In this document: in pieces, positions 42,100 to 53,800 of the stretch
Layout of the letters: each line of letters begins with the position of its first letter
Position numbering within the stretch: the first letter of the stretch is position 1
Source: Deltaproteobacteria bacterium TL4
GTDB taxonomy: Bacteria > SAR324 > NAC60-12
Length of the DNA: 64,000 bases
Direction: 5' to 3'
NCBI GenBank assembly: GCA_051382335.1
Contig: JBBCAX010000034.1
Coordinates: forward strand, 1-64,000
Made by a program: the position numbers and the translations under genes
The notes under the pieces: generated by a model
Databases searched by the model: none
The model's input: only the letters and a program-made list of their open reading frames with translations
What the model was told of the DNA's origin: nothing

Positions 42100-43506
42100 G
42101 TGACATCAACTCCCATTGTTCAAGGAAAAGCCACCCTTGCCGCAACTCAAGCCTGTCTCGAAAGTTGTTTCCAAAACTGGCATTATCAAAAAGAGTGGAA
42201 AAGACAGTTGTCCTCTTTAAAGGTTTATAGTTCCTTGTTGGGTATTGAATTTGAGACGCTGGATTTCCCTCAAATTCAGCAATCCGTGGAACATTTGATC
42301 ACCATGGGGTGCAATCACTTTCAATGGCACCTCAAACAGCCAGAGGAACTCGCCTTTGTTCGGTCTTCTCCCTTTTCCTCTTTTTTTAAAAATCCTCCCT
42401 CTTTCGCTTCTCGTCAAGCGGTAATTCTCTCTCTCCGACTCCCTTTACGCTCTCAGGAAAACCCGTTGGAAATCATGGAGCAGGCGAAGCAGGTTATGGG
42501 TATTGAACAATGGGACCGTGTGATTTTTTCGGATTCTCAAAATTTCAAGGCTTCCGAACAGCAGAATCAGCTTTCCAGCTACGGGATTGAGTTCAATGTC
42601 CAAACCTTTGCGCCAGAACAATTGAAACACTGGGATCAACAAAGAGTTCCTCATGTACAGGTTCCCTTCAATCTGGTGCAATTCAAACATTTTTTAAGTC
42701 GCCGTTGGACTTTGGAAGAAACACGGTATTCCCTGCCTCGATTATTGGAACACTGGGGGTGTAGCGTTTCCTTTCGGTCTCCTTTTTCTTTGAATGAAGA
42801 GGGCGAAGAGCTGAGTTTGTTGTCAGAACAAGTCAATCTCTGGGAAAATTATACCGAAAAAACAGCCCTGGGTTTGGAGTGGTTGCAAAGAGGCGAAGAT
42901 CAGTTAAACCAAACGCTTCGAGCATGGCCAACCTTTTCGCTGAAACCGGAAAAGTTACTATTTTCTTTTGTGGACCACCTTAAAGAAGCGCGTCAATACG
43001 TAACGCAAGTCGAGGAATGGGAATCTTATGTAAGCAACACCTGGTTCCCGCCTTTCCAGCAGCAGGCACACTATTGGTCCTTACAAGCCGCAATGGATCA
43101 AAAAGAATCCTGGGCCAAACAAATCCGTGCCTTCATGAAGCAGGTTGGAGAAGTCATGGCTCTTCATTCGGAGGCACTTCGTTCCCATCAAGCTTATCGT
43201 ATGCGACATTTTGTGAGGGTATTGGAAAGTCAACAGCCCGAGTCTATGACCTTAAAAACCTTTGGCGCGAAAACCTTACTGCTTTTGTGCTCAACACCTT
43301 GGCCGGAAACTGTTTTCTTTCCGTGGAAAGATCTCGACAGCAGTATTGAATACCTAGGCCTGATGCGATTTCCTCTTTTAAAAAACGCGGGGGTGATTTT
43401 AAAAGAACTGGCCACCTTGACAGAACCGCACGCTCCTGTAACTACAGAAAACAACCCCCTCTTAAACCCTATGAACTTTCGCTCCCGTCCTAAAGACAAA
43501 CTCTAG
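42100..43506 (+). CDS. Hypothetical protein, possibly a degenerate aldo/keto-reductase fold
   Basis: Long ORF; weak AKR-like traces (SSLLG, SSYGI, VQVPFNL) without recognisable catalytic motifs. Confidence 0.55.
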   Translation: MTSTPIVQGKATLAATQACLESCFQNWHYQKEWKRQLSSLKVYSSLLGIEFETLDFPQIQQSVEHLITMGCNHFQWHLKQPEELAFVRSSPFSSFFKNPPSFASRQAVILSLRLPLRSQENPLEIMEQAKQVMGIEQWDRVIFSDSQNFKASEQQNQLSSYGIEFNVQTFAPEQLKHWDQQRVPHVQVPFNLVQFKHFLSRRWTLEETRYSLPRLLEHWGCSVSFRSPFSLNEEGEELSLLSEQVNLWENYTEKTALGLEWLQRGEDQLNQTLRAWPTFSLKPEKLLFSFVDHLKEARQYVTQVEEWESYVSNTWFPPFQQQAHYWSLQAAMDQKESWAKQIRAFMKQVGEVMALHSEALRSHQAYRMRHFVRVLESQQPESMTLKTFGAKTLLLLCSTPWPETVFFPWKDLDSSIEYLGLMRFPLLKNAGVILKELATLTEPHAPVTTENNPLLNPMNFRSRPKDKL

Positions 43507-43549
43507 AAAACGGGAGCGTGAGAAGTGTAAAAACTCAGGTTTCTGGAGC

Positions 43550-46500
43550 TTATGCGGAAAGCTTTTCTTTCATCACACGTTTTGTGGCCTCGCCTTTTTC
43601 GGGATTACGGTGAAGCCGGAAAGCAAAGCTATTCACTCGACGTTCATCGAGAGGCGTTCCATCATCATAGAAAAACAAGAAGGGAACCTCTTTCTGATGA
43701 CGTAATAAACTTTCTTCAATCAATCCGTTATCACAACCCCAGCAACTGGTCATCACAATACCGTCATACACCTTCTTGCCCCATTGGTGAAGAACACTGC
43801 CCACCGCTAAGGCCGAACCGCCGTTGGTTGAAGCATCCAGGACCAGCTTGGTCTTTTCGATCGCTGCTTTCACTTCCGGTTGAGGGATCCAAGGATGTTG
43901 TTTTCTTACCAAGCCATAAAGCTCATTCCGAATGAACGTCATGTTGATAAGGAACAACCTGTTTTTTGTTGGACGGCTGGATCTTCCAAAAAACAGAGGA
44001 GGTTGTTGACGTGCCAGAAATTCCATAAAATCGCAGACCGGCTCTACGACAATGCGAACACCACGATCGCTTAAATGGCGGTACAGTCCATTGTTGGCAA
44101 AATCGTTGGCCTTGGTCAATAAATCACCTGAAACAAAAACAGTACGATAGGATTTGCCTTTGGGCTTTTTTCTTTCCAAGCGGGCAAAGTCTTGAGAGGC
44201 TTGCTTCAACAGCCTTTTGAGGGCCATCCAATTCCAACCCATTTGCATCGGTGCCGCAACTCCTTCTAAGACGCGCTGTTCCGCCAAGCCGATGATTTTT
44301 TTGCTGTAATAATGATAAAGCGCTTCCGCTTCTCCTTTGCGACTCTCTACGGCCATGTGATAGAGTTGCAGTTGTCGGATTAAATCCAGTGCGGTCAGTC
44401 CAGTCCAGATTTTTACGGACATTCCAGCGGGACCTGCGATTTTCAGGGATTGCACAAATACCCGATCATGCAATCCCATTTTTTCTACATTGATTTTGTC
44501 TTTAACATCAAACATTCCTGCTCGGCAGGATTGTCCTGTGATTTGCATCAACCGTGTTTCTTTTTGAGGTGGATTTTTCTCCAAATATTCACGGAACGCC
44601 CCCCAGAGCATTTGATAGGACAGACATTCTTTTCCGGAACAATCTTGCTTGCCACACGCAAAATTTTCATCACCCAGAGGAGGCGCCACATCCGCGTCAT
44701 ACCCGTAAGATCGGTAAACAGAGGCAAATAAAGGTCCCAGATAATCCACACCGCTTAAGAAAACATACTTTACCTTTGAATCCATGGAGACCATTTTTCT
44801 GGAGGAATGTTCGACATAAGCAAGGATGTTCTGGTTATCAGGAAGTGGAGTTGAGGCCTCCTCTTCCCTGAACTGTTTCACGGACTGCAAAAAGGCCTGG
44901 ATCCGAGTAATGAATCCCGCGGTTCCTCCATGACCATCGCTTTCCAGGATGGTGTGAGGATAGCCTTCAAGCAGGGCTTGAAACACTTGTTCCGTAAACG
45001 AAGCAGGTCCACAGCCGAAGGAGGAAATCAATAACGGGAACACATCCCTCAGATTTCTGGAATGACTTGCCGCTCTTAAAAACCGATTGGAATCGCCCCA
45101 GTACGCTTTTGTCATTTTTCCTATTTTAGAATCAATAGGAAAACAGTCCATCGGAATACCAAGGGCTCCGTTTTGTCGTAATAAATGCGGAATCGTCGCA
45201 TTGACCGACGGGTCATGAACGACGTGTAATGAGCCACAAACCAGCACTAACGGCAGCTTGTTTTCCCGACCATAACGCAGGGTCCGTTCTCCAATATTCT
45301 TGAGTGCTTTTTCATATTTATTTTGTGCTCTTATCGCGGCTTGCAGCGCAGGGCGAACTTTATCAGGATCAACCCCCAAGGCGATCGCGGCATTACGAAG
45401 TTCTGTCAACAAGTCAAAATTTTCCAGCCCACGGACTAACGACAGTTTAGGTCGAATCACCTGAACTTTTTTACCCCGTGTTTTCAGGGACTGCTGAACA
45501 ATTTCCGGCATGGCTTGCTCGGTGACACAGGTTTGGCCACCAGGTCCTTCACTGTCGCCAATATCCATAATTTTAGGAAAAAACAAAAAGGGAGTGTCTG
45601 TATTACAAATCGCATGAGCGATTTTTGCGGGTCCGCAAGAATCAAAGCTGTTACATAATTGTTCCCCTAAAGCCAAAGATTCGGAACCGGATTTCAAAAG
45701 TTTGACGGACAAACCCAATTCCTGGATGAAGGTAACAAAATAAGGAACGTAACCGGTAAGGGGTCCTGTCAAAGGAATACCAACCTCAGGAGTTTCTGAG
45801 GTGCTTTGTATAAAGCTGGCAATCAATTGATTTCTCAATTCAAAAGGATTGGGTGCCTCTTTTTCCAGTTTGGCCAAGGTTTTTGTTGACACTTCATACT
45901 TGGGACAAGCGCCTCCGGAGATGGCAATTCGTTTTTCGTTTCCTACCGTGATCGTCGTTCGTTCAATCGGACAAAGCGTCTGGCACTTTGCGTCGTTGCA
46001 TTGAAATTCTGAACGCTCCGTGATCTTGGCCTGCAGGATTTTATCCAGATCCAAGGAGGGGGCGTTGGTCAATTCCTGGCGACTGACTTGCTTACGAATG
46101 CAAAGTCCAATGCCCCAGGCTCCCATGGCGCCCGGATTTGGAGGCACAATGATGGGCTTTCCGGAAACCGCGGCTAAAGTCCATGCCAGCGATGCATTTG
46201 ACGCGGGTTTCCCTTGAAAGAAGATCTTTTGACTGAGCGTGCGCTGTCCCATCACACGATTGAGATAATTGTGAATCACAGAATATTGAAAGCCCGCAAA
46301 AATGTCGCCCAACTCAAACCCATCTTTTAGCGCTTGTGAGGCAGCGTCGGCAACATAAACCGTACACATCTGCCCCAAGTCAGGGGGGCGATTCGCCTTC
46401 TGAGCCAAATCAATAAACTCCTGAATGTTATTCACATCATAAAATACCGCTTGCTCTTCCAAAAAGGAACCGGTTCCCGCACTACAGGCTTTATTCATAT

Positions 46501-47851
46501 CACTTTCAATAATCCGCCCGCCACTGACACGGATATATTTCGCGTCTTGACCCCCAATTTCAATCACGGTCAAGTCTTTCCCGTGATCGGGGTCACATAA
46601 AATTGCGGCAGTCGCATGAGCAACAATTTCATTCAACACAATAATCGGTGTCGATTCAGGAAATACCGCTCGCAGCAAAGTCGCGACCGCTTCTCGTCCT
46701 GAGCCTGTTACCCCCACGGCCCGGACATCAGGTTGTCCTTGCTTGAGAATTGCCTGTATTAATCGGCGACTGGCATCTACCGGATTTCCTTTGGTTCGGT
46801 CATACACATCCAATATCGGTTTCCCGGTTTCAATCGAAATCAAAACCGCTTTTGCGCCTGTGGATCCCAAGTCCAATCCTAAAATTGCCGCTTGTTTAGT
46901 CCAGTCCGCTGTCGGCTCCTCTGCTTCCATGATGGTGACTTGATCTTTCCATAGGTGAGCCGGTTCTAAAACGGGAAAACGTTTCTTTCGAAATTCAATA
47001 ATATCCTGTGGGTCTTCTGGAAGTGCGCCTAAAAGCGACTTCCGGCTTTGCTCTGCCGCAATACTTGCCGCACCTACCGCTTCAAATGAAAGAAAGTTTT
47101 TCGGCAAGTGAACTTTTTGTCCTAATATTTTTTCAAAGGAATCCTTAAACGACTGGATTTGGGTACACCCACCTATTAAATAGACCGGTCCCTCGACTTG
47201 GTTACGTGCCAGCAAGGCTCTGGTATTTCTTGCGACCGAGGTGAAATAGCCGCGGAACAGATCTGGTGTGGGCTTACCTTGGTTGGCGAAATGTGTCATT
47301 TCACTTTTTGCGAAAACAGAACAGCGTGCGGTAATCGGAATGCTCGATTCAGCGGCTTGAGCTAACTCATCGGCTTCCCCAATACTTAAGCCAAAACGTC
47401 CCGCAATTTTTTGAATATTCTCGCCTGTACCGGACGAACATTTGTCGTTATCTAAATACTGGTAATGATAGGATTTAGACGAATTTGCCCCTGAGGTGGA
47501 GGCGTTTGAATTTCTGGAAAGAATACCATAACCTCTTGCGCCAACACTTACCAAATTTAAGGTGTCTTCCAAATCTTGGTCTAATTCCAGAGCGGCTTCT
47601 TGGCACGAATCTTCAGGTAAAATCAAGGCAGGTGCCTTTAATTCATCCGCATAAACACCTGTTGCGCCTAAAGCGTCACAATGGGCGATCCCTTTTTCAA
47701 GATACCATTGTTGAAATACGTCAAAGGGCTTTCCCTCATGAAGCCGATATTCAATATCTTCAAACTCCAGAGACCCATCCTCGTTAACGTTAGCAATCAC
47801 GAAGCTGGCGGAGGCTTTTCCCAAATCACAGCCTGCTATTCTTTTTGTCAT
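43550..47851 (-). CDS. Multidomain acyl-CoA dehydratase activase (two BadF/BcrA-D ATPase domains plus dehydratase-like domains)
   Basis: [77 protein letters not shown] before ATG 47851. Confidence 0.88.
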   Translation of the reverse strand: MTKRIAGCDLGKASASFVIANVNEDGSLEFEDIEYRLHEGKPFDVFQQWYLEKGIAHCDALGATGVYADELKAPALILPEDSCQEAALELDQDLEDTLNLVSVGARGYGILSRNSNASTSGANSSKSYHYQYLDNDKCSSGTGENIQKIAGRFGLSIGEADELAQAAESSIPITARCSVFAKSEMTHFANQGKPTPDLFRGYFTSVARNTRALLARNQVEGPVYLIGGCTQIQSFKDSFEKILGQKVHLPKNFLSFEAVGAASIAAEQSRKSLLGALPEDPQDIIEFRKKRFPVLEPAHLWKDQVTIMEAEEPTADWTKQAAILGLDLGSTGAKAVLISIETGKPILDVYDRTKGNPVDASRRLIQAILKQGQPDVRAVGVTGSGREAVATLLRAVFPESTPIIVLNEIVAHATAAILCDPDHGKDLTVIEIGGQDAKYIRVSGGRIIESDMNKACSAGTGSFLEEQAVFYDVNNIQEFIDLAQKANRPPDLGQMCTVYVADAASQALKDGFELGDIFAGFQYSVIHNYLNRVMGQRTLSQKIFFQGKPASNASLAWTLAAVSGKPIIVPPNPGAMGAWGIGLCIRKQVSRQELTNAPSLDLDKILQAKITERSEFQCNDAKCQTLCPIERTTITVGNEKRIAISGGACPKYEVSTKTLAKLEKEAPNPFELRNQLIASFIQSTSETPEVGIPLTGPLTGYVPYFVTFIQELGLSVKLLKSGSESLALGEQLCNSFDSCGPAKIAHAICNTDTPFLFFPKIMDIGDSEGPGGQTCVTEQAMPEIVQQSLKTRGKKVQVIRPKLSLVRGLENFDLLTELRNAAIALGVDPDKVRPALQAAIRAQNKYEKALKNIGERTLRYGRENKLPLVLVCGSLHVVHDPSVNATIPHLLRQNGALGIPMDCFPIDSKIGKMTKAYWGDSNRFLRAASHSRNLRDVFPLLISSFGCGPASFTEQVFQALLEGYPHTILESDGHGGTAGFITRIQAFLQSVKQFREEEASTPLPDNQNILAYVEHSSRKMVSMDSKVKYVFLSGVDYLGPLFASVYRSYGYDADVAPPLGDENFACGKQDCSGKECLSYQMLWGAFREYLEKNPPQKETRLMQITGQSCRAGMFDVKDKINVEKMGLHDRVFVQSLKIAGPAGMSVKIWTGLTALDLIRQLQLYHMAVESRKGEAEALYHYYSKKIIGLAEQRVLEGVAAPMQMGWNWMALKRLLKQASQDFARLERKKPKGKSYRTVFVSGDLLTKANDFANNGLYRHLSDRGVRIVVEPVCDFMEFLARQQPPLFFGRSSRPTKNRLFLINMTFIRNELYGLVRKQHPWIPQPEVKAAIEKTKLVLDASTNGGSALAVGSVLHQWGKKVYDGIVMTSCWGCDNGLIEESLLRHQKEVPFLFFYDDGTPLDERRVNSFAFRLHRNPEKGEATKRVMKEKLSA

Positions 47852-47936
47852 TATTACCTCTAGTAAAAAACATATTCCATGCTCGTTATGTCGCTCTGTG
47901 CTCATGCCAGAACATAACCCCCATACCTTTAATCAC

Positions 47937-48386
47937 CTAAAACTCACTCTTCTCTTCTGGAGTATTCTTTAAAAATTGATGGAGCACTTCCCTCATTTTA
48001 GAAAGATCTGCTTCCGGAATGCCTTGCGTCAGTTTCGCAAAAGTTTTATTCACAATGTTCATGACGGTCTCTTCGGCTTGACGCCCTGCTTGAGTTAAAC
48101 CAATACGTAGAGCTCTGCGATCATTAGGATCGGCTTGACGTAGAATAATCTCATCCCGCTCCATTCGATCCAAAAGCCCCGTCATGCTCGAAGGCTCCAA
48201 ACCCGCCCGCCTTCCGAGATCTGCCACTTGAAGGTTATCCTCATTCCACAATGATAATAAAACCCCAAGATAGGCAGGCTTGATGCTGCCGACTCCGGCA
48301 TTTGCAAATTCCTTCTTTAAGGCGGATGTCGCAATTAAAGACGAGCGGTATATTAAATAATAGATACAATTGGTTGGATCGACCAT
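47937..48386 (-). CDS. MarR family regulator
   Basis: LGRRAGLEPSSMTGLLDRMERDEIILRQADPNDRRALRIGLTQAG. Confidence 0.9.
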   Translation of the reverse strand: MVDPTNCIYYLIYRSSLIATSALKKEFANAGVGSIKPAYLGVLLSLWNEDNLQVADLGRRAGLEPSSMTGLLDRMERDEIILRQADPNDRRALRIGLTQAGRQAEETVMNIVNKTFAKLTQGIPEADLSKMREVLHQFLKNTPEEKSEF

Positions 48387-48599
48387 TTTGCTTCTGCCTC
48401 TTGAATATTCTTTGATGAAAAATGAAAAAACACCGCTCATCACAATCGATGTTTCATTCATGATTAAATCTTTCCTTAATTATACTTCGGATATGGATTA
48501 TACTCCAAAGTAAATTACGCATACATATAGTACGCATACGAAGTAAATGCAAGAAAAAAAAAGCATAATCTTGTCTTAACCAATGGTGCTATAGTATTC

Positions 48600-48893
48600 T
48601 ATAGGTTGTCATTTAAATAAATTCATTTTAATCAGGTTACGGTAGCCCTGGGTTTCGTCCCAGGGGCTGCTATAGGTTGTCATTTAAATAAATTCATTTT
48701 AATCAGGTTACGGTAGCCCTGGGTTTCGTCCCAGGGGCTGCTAGTTCCTTGTTCCTCGGGACGAAACCCGAGGCTACCATCCTCATTTATTGTGCAATTA
48801 TTTAAGTGAACGTCTATAGTTCCTTGTTCCTCGGGACGAAACCCGAGGCTACCATCCTCATTTATTGTGCAATTATTTAAGTGAACGTCTATA
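48600..48893. mobile_element. 144-bp TA-duplicating MITE nested in an identical copy of itself
   Basis: A-A-B-B pattern (71-bp and 75-bp units). The inner copy (48673-48816) is flanked by TA at 48671-72 and 48817-18 within the outer copy's central CTAG; the outer copy is flanked by TA at 48600-01 and 48892-93. Confidence 0.75.
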
Positions 48894-48906
48894 GATAAGT
48901 TTTTTC

Positions 48907-48960
48907 CTGGGAATGAGGACCTCTTGCCCTCACCGGAGGGCGGGACGCCCTCACTCCCAG
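48907..48960. repeat. Inverted REP-like doublet
   Basis: CTGGGAATGAGGACCTCTTGCCCTC ... GAGGGCGGGACGCCCTCACTCCCAG. Confidence 0.55.
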
Positions 48961-49206
48961 CCCAAAATACTTTTCTGAAACACTATAGTTTGGTTTCCAT
49001 GTAAACTTATTGAAATTAAATGGAAAAATGGTAGGCGGGGATTACATGCCCCGCTTTTCTGAGCGTTAAGTTTGCCGGACACGTAGTTCCGGCCTACCAT
49101 CAAGGTGTCCCGGATTAAACGAGTAGCCAATTGAACCATGCCGAAGTTCTCACCCCTGCTGAGTCTAAAAACACGGTAGAAAGTCTCGCGGCCAGAGACA
49201 GGCTAA

Positions 49207-49995
49207 TCAGAAGGTTTTGGGCGCAAAGTTGGCGGGAGTTTCGAGGGAAAACACTTCATCATGGATGGAGGCCAGATACAGCCCCGATTGCAGAACGTCC
49301 TCTCTCACGGAAGACTCAGTATCCACATAAACGACCATTCCCCGGATTGTTTTGTCGGAAAACTCCGGAAAAAACATCCGGAAGTTTTTCAGGATCTCCA
49401 GCGTTTGGTCCAGATCCCGTTGTTCCAGACGACTTTTGACTTCAATCACATACAACTCATTCACCGTGCCATTCGCATAAGCCACCGCATCCACTTCCAT
49501 GTTCTTTCCCTCTTTTCTTTTGCGGAGACGGGTCAGAAAGGTATCCATCCCAAAGCGCTCTGTCATGATTTTCGAGATGGAGGGAAACGCCATCCCTTCG
49601 GTGAAGGTGCCAAACTTGTTATTCAAGCCTCCGATATTTTTTGACAATTCTTTGACGATACGGTCGGTTTTCTCAAATTTTTCTTTGAGTTGCTGGTCGG
49701 TTTCCTTGAGCTGTCGGTCGGTTTCCGCTGTTTTTTCCTTCATCTCACGGCTGGTTTCTTTGAGCTGTCGATCGGTTTCAGTAAATTTTTCCTTGAGTTG
49801 CCGGTCGGTTTCCGCTGTTTTTTCCTTCATCTCACGGCTGGTTTCCTTGAGTTGTTGGTCGGTTTCCTTGAGTTGTCGGTCGGTTTCCGCTGTTTTTTCC
49901 TTCATCTCACGGCTGGTTTCCTTGAGTTGACGGTCGGTTTCTTTTTGGGCGATTGCCAAGCTGGCAACCAGTTCTTTGAGTTCTTGATCGGTCAT
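49207..49995 (-). CDS. Coiled-coil repeat protein with C-terminal PD-(D/E)xK-like domain (DUF3782-like)
   Basis: Tandem ETDRQLK and ETSREMKEKTA repeats, then EVDAVAYANG...VIEVKSRL. Confidence 0.75.
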   Translation of the reverse strand: MTDQELKELVASLAIAQKETDRQLKETSREMKEKTAETDRQLKETDQQLKETSREMKEKTAETDRQLKEKFTETDRQLKETSREMKEKTAETDRQLKETDQQLKEKFEKTDRIVKELSKNIGGLNNKFGTFTEGMAFPSISKIMTERFGMDTFLTRLRKRKEGKNMEVDAVAYANGTVNELYVIEVKSRLEQRDLDQTLEILKNFRMFFPEFSDKTIRGMVVYVDTESSVREDVLQSGLYLASIHDEVFSLETPANFAPKTF

Positions 49996-50033
49996 AAGCC
50001 CTTTTCAGACAAGCGTTTTTTTAAGCAGATGGT

Positions 50034-50255
50034 TTATTTTTGAAAAAAAGAATTTGGGGACAGGTCTTCTTTTTTCTTTTGAGTGAGTAATTCCTTGATC
50101 TGTACAAGAGGTAAACACGAAACCTGAGCAATCTGTTCCTCAGAAAGAGTCCCCATTTTGAGGAGGTTGATGGCGATTTCTGCTCTGCCTTCTTTTCTGC
50201 CTTCAAGCTTTCCCATGTCATAAGAAGATTCCACCATCCTTGCCTGATAATGCAA
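50034..50255 (-). pseudogene. C-terminal fragment of an Rpn/YhgA-like protein
   Basis: GKLEGRKEGRAEIAINLLKMG.LSEEQIAQVSCLPL.QIKEL is the typical Rpn C-terminal tail; no nuclease domain upstream. Confidence 0.65.
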
Positions 50256-50277
50256 ATCTTCAACATAAGACTCATTT

Positions 50278-50302
50278 CCTCGGGGCGAAACCCGAGGCTA
50301 CC
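50278..50302 (-). repeat. Solo GTAG-type REP of the same family as in the nested MITE
   Basis: CCTCGGGGCGAAACCCGAGGCTACC versus CCTCGGGACGAAACCCGAGGCTACC in the 48.7-48.9 kb element. Confidence 0.75.
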
Positions 50303-50483
50303 TCTGGCCGAAGCTAGACGCAACCACGAAAAGGTGACCTGGATTTGAACCATGCCCCCAAGCTGTGGCTTGGGAACGAGAAGAAACAAAGCGGGATACC
50401 CTGTCCCTCATAAAAAAAAATTCGACAAGGGACAAGCCACTGTACCCCGCTTTTTTAAATAATCAAATTCCCAAATAATCAAC

Positions 50484-50804
50484 TCACAAGCCTCCTCGGA
50501 TACAGCGAACATAGTTGTTATAGGACTTATCGTAGTAGCTCACGTAGCCATCGCTGAAGCCCACGCTCCACGCGTAGCTCGTGTCACCGGCGTAAGTAGT
50601 AGACGACCAATAGCCCGAGGAATTGGTATTAGGAAAATAGGTCGAATTAATAGCAGGACTATAGACAGAATAATCAACAATGGATTGCAGTTCGTTTTTA
50701 CTGGGGAGCCTCCAATCGCTTTTACCACCTAAACTCAAGCCTTCACAATAAGTCAAGGCGGCTTCCCAATTACGAGCGGTGTTATCATCTTCTTTTTGCC
50801 ATAA
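50484..50804 (-). pseudogene. 5'-truncated DUF1566 domain carrying DGR variable region VR-C, in frame behind the stop of the large lipoprotein gene
   Basis: CGA TGA TTA TGG CAA AAA... gives LWQKEDDNTARNWEAALTYCEG...YWSSTT...YVRCIRGGL*. Highly similar to the 3' part and downstream flank of 57480-57914. Confidence 0.75.
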
Positions 50805-53800
50805 TCATCGAACACACCGAACATACATGCTTATATTATTCTCCGATTTTACTTCTCCATTTTGAAAATTAACAAACCATACTATTTCGACTGTATTTTT
50901 ACTAATAGGATCGTAGTCATAATAATTAGTTTTGGACCAATAGTATGAAGATTTTGTATTAGGAAAAAATGAAGTATTGATTGCTGGATTGTAGTTTAAG
51001 TCATCCGTGATAGACTCCAACTCTTTGATGTTTGGAAGACGCCAATCAGTTTTTCCACCCTGACTCAAATTTTCGCAATAGCTCAACGCATTTCCACGAT
51101 TCTTTAATGTATTGTCATCTTCTTTTTGCCACATCAGTTCAGAAAAATTGTCAGTAATAGTTCCATCACCATTATCTAAAAATGAGGAATCCGTATTTGA
51201 GTAACCGCGAACACACCTCACACCATGTTTAAATCCCCATGACCGACTACCGACGGAACCATCTCTGAAAGAAACATCCCAAGCCAAATCCTGATTATTC
51301 GCATAACTTGTATTTGACCAATAATTACCGGTATCTAAAAAGTTGAAATAAGATTCATCGTATCTTAATTCTTTGTTATAAATAATAATTCGAATCAGTT
51401 CCTTTTTGGAGGGCACTCGCCAATCTGAGTAGAACGATAATTCGAGGTTTTCACAATAAGTTACAGCATCCGACATTGTTGGTGTATTTGTAGCATTTGT
51501 TTTTTGCCACACCAGTCCTGTGACATTATCAGTAACGGTTCCATCTTTATTGTCTGTATAAGACATTCTATTCTCTGAAGCATCTGAGAGCTCTTGTTCT
51601 GCTTTCGGAATATGTCCTGTAAAATCGTGAATTGCTTCACTAACCCAAGGACCTTCGCCATTGTTGTTTTTTGTAAAAACAAGTAAGTGGGTTGATCCAG
51701 AAGGAATGGACGTGTTCGTATCAAAATCAAAACTTAGGTTACTTCCAGAAGCGGCAAGAGTTGTGATCGGAGTGCTGTTTACTTTTGTAGTCGCACTTGA
51801 TCCCCAATAAAGTACATAATGTGTAATATCGCTCTCATATCTGGCTTTTGTAATTGTTACGCTTCCGCCTAACTCTCCAGCATCGGTATCTGTATCAACA
51901 AATACCACGCTGGTGGCATTATGAGATGGAACACCAACATCAACAACAACACCATTATGTCCTCCTCTAACACACTTGACATGATTCGTGTCGGTCTTCT
52001 CTGAACGCTCCACAAAACCATAGTAAAAGTCCACAAACCAAGATTGAGTCATTCCAGCGGTAAATATGAATGTTGTAGATGACCAGTATTTTGATGAATA
52101 AGTGTTAGGAAAATAAGTAGATTCGATTGCAGGATTAAATTCGGAGTCATTAGTTATGGACTCCAATTCTTTAATGTTTGGAAGACGCCAATCCGTTTTC
52201 CCACCCAGACTTAAGTTTTCGCAATAACTTAAAGATTCCCCCCATGATATTTTTGTATAGTAATCGTTTTCTTTCTGCCACATCAACCCTGAAAGGTTAT
52301 CTGTAACAGTACCATCACTATTATCGGTAAACAACGTAAACTCACTTACTCCATTGCGAACACACCGAACATAGTTATTCAGCGACATATGTGAGCTATA
52401 TACAACTCCGGAACCAAAATCAATAACCCAGGCTGTATTGCTAAATGCAATATAGTTAGAAGCTGTCCAATAATAATCAGAAGACTTCGTTTTACTGAAA
52501 TAGGCCTCATTGATGCTGGAATTATAAGTCCTGTAATTCACAATACGCATCAACGTTTTTTTACTTGGCAGTTGCCAATCAGAAAAGGATGCCAAGTTCA
52601 GGCTATTACAATAATCTTGAGCTTCTGACCATGTTCTTTTAGTGTTATCATCTTCCTTTTGCCATATTAATCCTGTGATATTATCGGTAATAGTTCCATC
52701 ATCATTATCAGTATATGAAGGTTCATTGAGTAAGTAATCGTGGTCTTCACCCAAAGTTGAGGTATAGGAAATGGTTTGTCCTGTATCAGGAATATAATAT
52801 CCATGACGACCATTATCAAAAATGATCACATTAACACCTCTTGCCATTTCGCCCCTAGTGTTTTTGGTAAAAACGAGTAAATGGGTTGATCCAGATGGAA
52901 TTGATGTATTATCAAAATCAAAAGTCTGGTTATTTCCTGTAGCGGATAAAGTGGAAATTGGGATACTATTTGCTTTTGTTGTCGTATCTGATCCCCAATA
53001 AAGTACATAATGAGTAATATTGCTTTCGTCACTGGCTTTTTTAATTGTTACGCGTCCTCCTAATTCTCCAACATCAGTATCTGTATCTAAAAAAGCTACA
53101 CTATTTGCAGTATGAACAGGAAAACTAACATTGCTTTCACCACTACCACGGACACAACGGACATAACATTCATTATTGCTTTTCCAATGGTCATGAACCT
53201 CTCCGTTGCTGAAATTCACATGCCATGAGTATAGGCGGATGTTGTTGGCTCTGGTAGTGGAAGAGCAATACTTATCTGATTTTGTATTTATGAAATATGT
53301 GGTATTTATCACTGGATTGTATTTTGAGTCATCCGTGATTGACTCCAACTCTTTAATGTTTGGAAGACGCCAATCCGTTTCTCCTCCCAGACTCAAATTT
53401 TCACAATAACTCAGCGAGCTTTCCCCATTTTTTTTTGTGTTGTCATCTTCTTTTTGCCACATCAATTCTGAAAAATTATCTGTAATGGTACCATCACCAT
53501 TATCATTATAAGAAAAAGTTAAATTTGAGGGTTTACGAACACATTTTATATACATCTCGGAAGTCTTACTGCCTGAAAATACATATCCATAACCTAATGA
53601 AACAGCAAAAACATTATTTGAATCGTTAGAATCAACGGTTGAAGACCAAACAGCGGAGGATACGGAAGTGGGAAAAAAGATTGTATCAATGGCAGGCTCG
53701 TACATTCCATAATTTATTATACGCATGAGTTCTTTCTTAGTTGGAAGACGCCAATCTGAATAAGACGCCAAGGTTAAATTGGCACAATAGCTTTCCGAAG

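Noticed and set aside
48599..48894. CRISPR array
   Set aside because: There are no unique spacers and no cas genes; the pattern is explained by nested MITE insertion.
49680..49945. CRISPR-like or non-coding tandem repeats
   Set aside because: The repeats are in-frame coiled-coil units of the 262-aa ORF.
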